DNA of 64,000 bases, taken from contig CAMCUO010000006.1 of assembly GCA_945879015.1 (NCBI GenBank), forward strand, positions 1,269-65,268, in the 5' to 3' direction. A program made the position numbers and the translations under genes. Origin of the DNA: Chitinophaga pinensis (GTDB lineage: Bacteria > Bacteroidota > Bacteroidia > 2-12-FULL-35-15). Positions 60,713-64,000 of this stretch are shown here, piece after piece (the first letter of the stretch is position 1; each line of letters starts with the position of its first letter). Under the pieces are notes generated by a model. That model was given only the letters and a program-made list of their open reading frames with translations, did not search any database and had not been told where the DNA came from.

Positions 60713-63700
60713 CTACTTAATCACCACTTTCCCAATACCAACAACACTTTCAGAAGTATATATCTTATAAAAATAAATTCCGTTTTCTAATCCCTCTCTG
60801 GAAATTTCAAATTGTTTTTCAGAAATTCCATTTTTTGATTTTACTTTTTTACCTAAAACATCTGTTAATTCGAAAGAATAAGTTTCATTTAATTTGTCTG
60901 ATTCTATCACAAAAGTTGTGTTATCTGAAAAAGGATTTGGATAAACATTTATATTTCCGCTTTCGTTTGATTGTGCCTCAATTGCTGTAGCCATCGAATA
61001 GGTATTGATTGCAGTATTCGTAATCACTGCTTCGTTGAAATCAAAATAAATAAATACTTTGTTTTCAATTACTTCTCCGTAAACTGGAGTGTTCAATTTC
61101 GAAATTCTGAATTGCACATGTCCATGACTTCCTGCTTCATCACTAGTGCTATCAGGCAGCATAATGTTATCAAACTTCCAACGAATTACATTTCCCGGTA
61201 AAAATTCGACAACGTAAGGATGGCTTGAATTCAACATTTCGAAACTCATTAAATCTAACATAGATGAAATTGTATCTGTTACTTTAATGTTTACTGCGGG
61301 ACCAGTTCCTGTATTTTGAAATTGAACCAAATAAGTGAATTCTGTTTCAGATAAAGGAATATCACCTGTTACACCTATGCCTGCAGGAGAAACCGTTTTA
61401 GCATTTGGATCAAAAGAGCCCGTAATTATTCTTGTATAAACGTAAGAGTTACACCCTGGGTTAATATCTGTCCCATTTGTTACTGATGCATTTACATAAG
61501 CAATAGCAGCCGTTCCTAATACTGCTGTAGGAGGAGTATAAAATGTAGCACTAAAAATTTGCATAGAACCAGGAGGCAATAAAGTATAATTCCAAAAAAC
61601 GGTATCGCCAGAAACACTTGTTGCTAATGGCGTTGACGATACATAACTAGTGATCGTTGGTAAAACCAGATAAACAACTCCTGTTGCAGGCTGAGTGCCA
61701 TAGTTATTTAAGTATACATTGTAGAACCCATTAAATCCGGGAACTATTCCATTGCTATATGCGGAGACACAAACATCATAAATTGCAGGAATTACATATG
61801 CAAAATTATTATTTATACTCGTGCTACCGGCTGTAACATTTACAGAATAAGAATTCGTACATGTAGCTTCTAAATTAGAAATGTTCGTGTATGGAGTAAC
61901 GGTGTAACTTCCTGTAGGGACTAAAATGCTATAATCACCAAATACATTGGTGTAACCCCAATATGTACTCGTGCCGTTTGTTGCACTAACAAAGTAACCT
62001 GATAGTGCAAAGTCCAAAACACTTAGATCGCGAATACAATCTAAGTCGGTATCGCCATAGGTGGACCCTGTAATGTATCCGTAAGGTGAGAGCGTGGTTA
62101 CGGTATAATAGAATGTTGCACAATCACCATTATTGTCCGTAATGGTAACACTATATGTTCCTCCTCCCAATGAAAAGAGATCTTCAGTGGTGGCACCATT
62201 GCTCCACAAGAAAGTAAAGGGTGGAGCAGATCCAAAAACGTTGAGATCGATGGAACCGTTGTTAAGCCCAGATCCTGTTTCATTTGTAACAACAGCAGAA
62301 TCAGAAACGCTTCCGGAGTTGATTGTAGTGACAATCACAGTATAAATTCCAGAGCAGCCGTTTGAATCAGTAACGGTGGCGATTAATGTTCCTGAACAGA
62401 TACTGGAAAAGTTTCCATTTGTCTGCTGAGGGTAGCCGGTAAGATCATACAAGTAGGGTGGAATTCCTCCCGACTCCATTACCGTTACTGTTCCATTGCA
62501 TCCAGAAACGCAAACAGCTGGAGTTGAGCTTGCGGTAACTATCACAGTGCTGGATGTTGGTACATTTGCAATTGAAGTGGTTGTGCATCCACCAGCATCG
62601 GTAACCGTTATAGTGTAATTTCCTGTACAAAGAGCGGAGATGCTTGGTGTTCCGTCACCCGTTGGTGTCCCTGGGGTCCAATCATAAGTATACGGTCCGG
62701 TTCCTCCTGTAGGAGTTACATTCGCAGTGCCATTACAAACGGTGCACCCTGCGGGTGTAGCGCTAGTCATTGCTATCAATCCTCCCGCATTAGGAACTAC
62801 TGCTGTAGCTGTGGCAAAACATCCATTAACATCAGATAGCGTAACGGTATAGGTCCCGTTGCACAATCCAGTTGCTGTTGGTGTAGTACTAAAGCCGGGA
62901 ACCCAATTGAATACATAGGGTGGAGCACCGCCTGAACCCGTAGCTGTTACGCTGCCATTGCAGACTCCGCAGCTGGCGGGAACAATTGATCCGACTGTGA
63001 CTGTAACGTTAGGATTTACAGTGATAGTAAAGGTCATTGGCGGGCCAACGCAACCCATCATGGTTGCCGTTACAGTAATTGTTGACGTGATTGGTGAACC
63101 ACTTCCGTTAGTTGCTGTGAAAGCAGGTAAGCTTGACGTTCCGGATGCAGCCAAACCAATTGCAGTGTTCGAATTTGTCCACGTAAAAGTGCTTCCTGCA
63201 GGAGAACTGGAAAATGTATTGGGAGGAAGAACTGTTCCTGCGCAGACAGTGATGTTCGGTTCAGAAATAACGATAGGTAAAGGATTTACTGTTACTGTTG
63301 CAACAGCCGTTCCTGTACATCCTAATGACGAACCGGTGACAGTATAAGACGTGGTTGTAGCTGGGTTAACTATTATTGGGTTTGACGTTGCCCCTGTGCT
63401 CCAGATATATGTCATTGCACCACCCGAAGCAAAAATCGTAAAAGGATTTCCCGTACATGTACTTCCGGAATTTGCAACAACTGAAGGATTTGGATTCACT
63501 GTAACTGCGCTTATTGCTGTTCCTGTGCATCCGTTAGCATCAGTAACTGTAACAGTATAAATTGTTGTGGTTGGAGGAGTTACTGTAGGATTGGAAATTG
63601 TTGTACTGCTTAGCCCTGATGCCGGTGACCATAAATAGGTATAACCCGAAGTTCCACCCGTTGCATTTGCAAATAAAGACGCTGCCATTCCAGAACAGAT

Positions 63701-64000
63701 TGTCGGAGAATTTGCTGTAACAGTTACCAAAGATGGCTGAGTTAAATTTAAAGTATATAATGCAGTACTCATATCACTGCTATCAATAGCTGTAACGATA
63801 TATGTTCCTGCACACAAACCAGTAATATTTGCTCCTGCTCCTGTATAACTTGAAGGACCCGTCCAAGTAAAACCATAAGGACCAATACCACCAGATGCCA
63901 TTGCAGTAGCAGAACCATTACATAATCCATTACAAGTAGGACTGGTTCCTATAGCTGTTGCAACGTGACCCGCTGCGAATATTGATGTAACACTTGAAAA
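60713..64000 (-). CDS. giant SprB-repeat cell-surface protein with T9SS C-terminal sorting domain (5' end beyond window)
   Basis: Repeated GG.PPY.F.W.P...T.TG.GLCAGTY.VTVTD.NGC units (SprB repeat). C-terminal ...YSFELTDVLGKKV...GIYFYKIY...VVIK T9SS signal. Open to the window edge. Confidence 0.8.
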   Translation of the reverse strand, partial: FSSVTSIFAAGHVATAIGTSPTCNGLCNGSATAMASGGIGPYGFTWTGPSSYTGAGANITGLCAGTYIVTAIDSSDMSTALYTLNLTQPSLVTVTANSPTICSGMAASLFANATGGTSGYTYLWSPASGLSSTTISNPTVTPPTTTIYTVTVTDANGCTGTAISAVTVNPNPSVVANSGSTCTGNPFTIFASGGAMTYIWSTGATSNPIIVNPATTTSYTVTGSSLGCTGTAVATVTVNPLPIVISEPNITVCAGTVLPPNTFSSSPAGSTFTWTNSNTAIGLAASGTSSLPAFTATNGSGSPITSTITVTATMMGCVGPPMTFTITVNPNVTVTVGSIVPASCGVCNGSVTATGSGGAPPYVFNWVPGFSTTPTATGLCNGTYTVTLSDVNGCFATATAVVPNAGGLIAMTSATPAGCTVCNGTANVTPTGGTGPYTYDWTPGTPTGDGTPSISALCTGNYTITVTDAGGCTTTSIANVPTSSTVIVTASSTPAVCVSGCNGTVTVMESGGIPPYLYDLTGYPQQTNGNFSSICSGTLIATVTDSNGCSGIYTVIVTTINSGSVSDSAVVTNETGSGLNNGSIDLNVFGSAPPFTFLWSNGATTEDLFSLGGGTYSVTITDNNGDCATFYYTVTTLSPYGYITGSTYGDTDLDCIRDLSVLDFALSGYFVSATNGTSTYWGYTNVFGDYSILVPTGSYTVTPYTNISNLEATCTNSYSVNVTAGSTSINNNFAYVIPAIYDVCVSAYSNGIVPGFNGFYNVYLNNYGTQPATGVVYLVLPTITSYVSSTPLATSVSGDTVFWNYTLLPPGSMQIFSATFYTPPTAVLGTAAIAYVNASVTNGTDINPGCNSYVYTRIITGSFDPNAKTVSPAGIGVTGDIPLSETEFTYLVQFQNTGTGPAVNIKVTDTISSMLDLMSFEMLNSSHPYVVEFLPGNVIRWKFDNIMLPDSTSDEAGSHGHVQFRISKLNTPVYGEVIENKVFIYFDFNEAVITNTAINTYSMATAIEAQSNESGNINVYPNPFSDNTTFVIESDKLNETYSFELTDVLGKKVKSKNGISEKQFEISREGLENGIYFYKIYTSESVVGIGKVVIK

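Overview
AT-rich (about one-third GC) chromosomal segment that looks Bacteroidota (Flavobacteriia/Sphingobacteriia-like): it has T9SS C-terminal sorting domains, SprB repeats, TonB-dependent receptors with CarbopepD-like N-termini, and a prs-rplY(ctc)-pth cluster. Most of the window is housekeeping. It contains panC, a GT5 starch-synthase-like gene, a DUF4270 lipoprotein, glmS, and a TPP riboswitch followed by a complete thiS-thiC-thiE'-thiD-thiE-thiG-thiH-thiF operon. It also contains 3-hydroxyanthranilate dioxygenase, dprA, an acyl-CoA carboxyltransferase, purD, purQ, nadD, sodB, ctp, dCMP deaminase, tRNA-Leu, uvrC, gpsA, lysS, lipB, and a large periplasmic-propeller/PP2C phosphatase sensor with an adjacent ChaN+TonB receptor pair. 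The window ends in a 5'-truncated giant SprB-repeat T9SS cargo gene. Several things lie outside housekeeping. (1) Two small cassettes, GxxExxY and DUF559, are each bracketed by long terminal inverted repeats and sit exactly in intergenic gaps. (2) At least three families of GC-rich palindromic dispersed repeats appear in nearly every longer intergenic space of this AT-rich genome. (3) There is a tandem array of four GC hairpins. (4) Gene decay is visible: a DUF1801 gene with a frameshift plus in-frame TAG, a homoserine dehydrogenase with N-terminal truncation plus in-frame TAA, a degenerate cysH C-terminal relic, and an in-frame TGA in a small membrane-anchored bacterial-PH-like ORF. No CRISPR array, no obvious defence island and no rRNA were seen.
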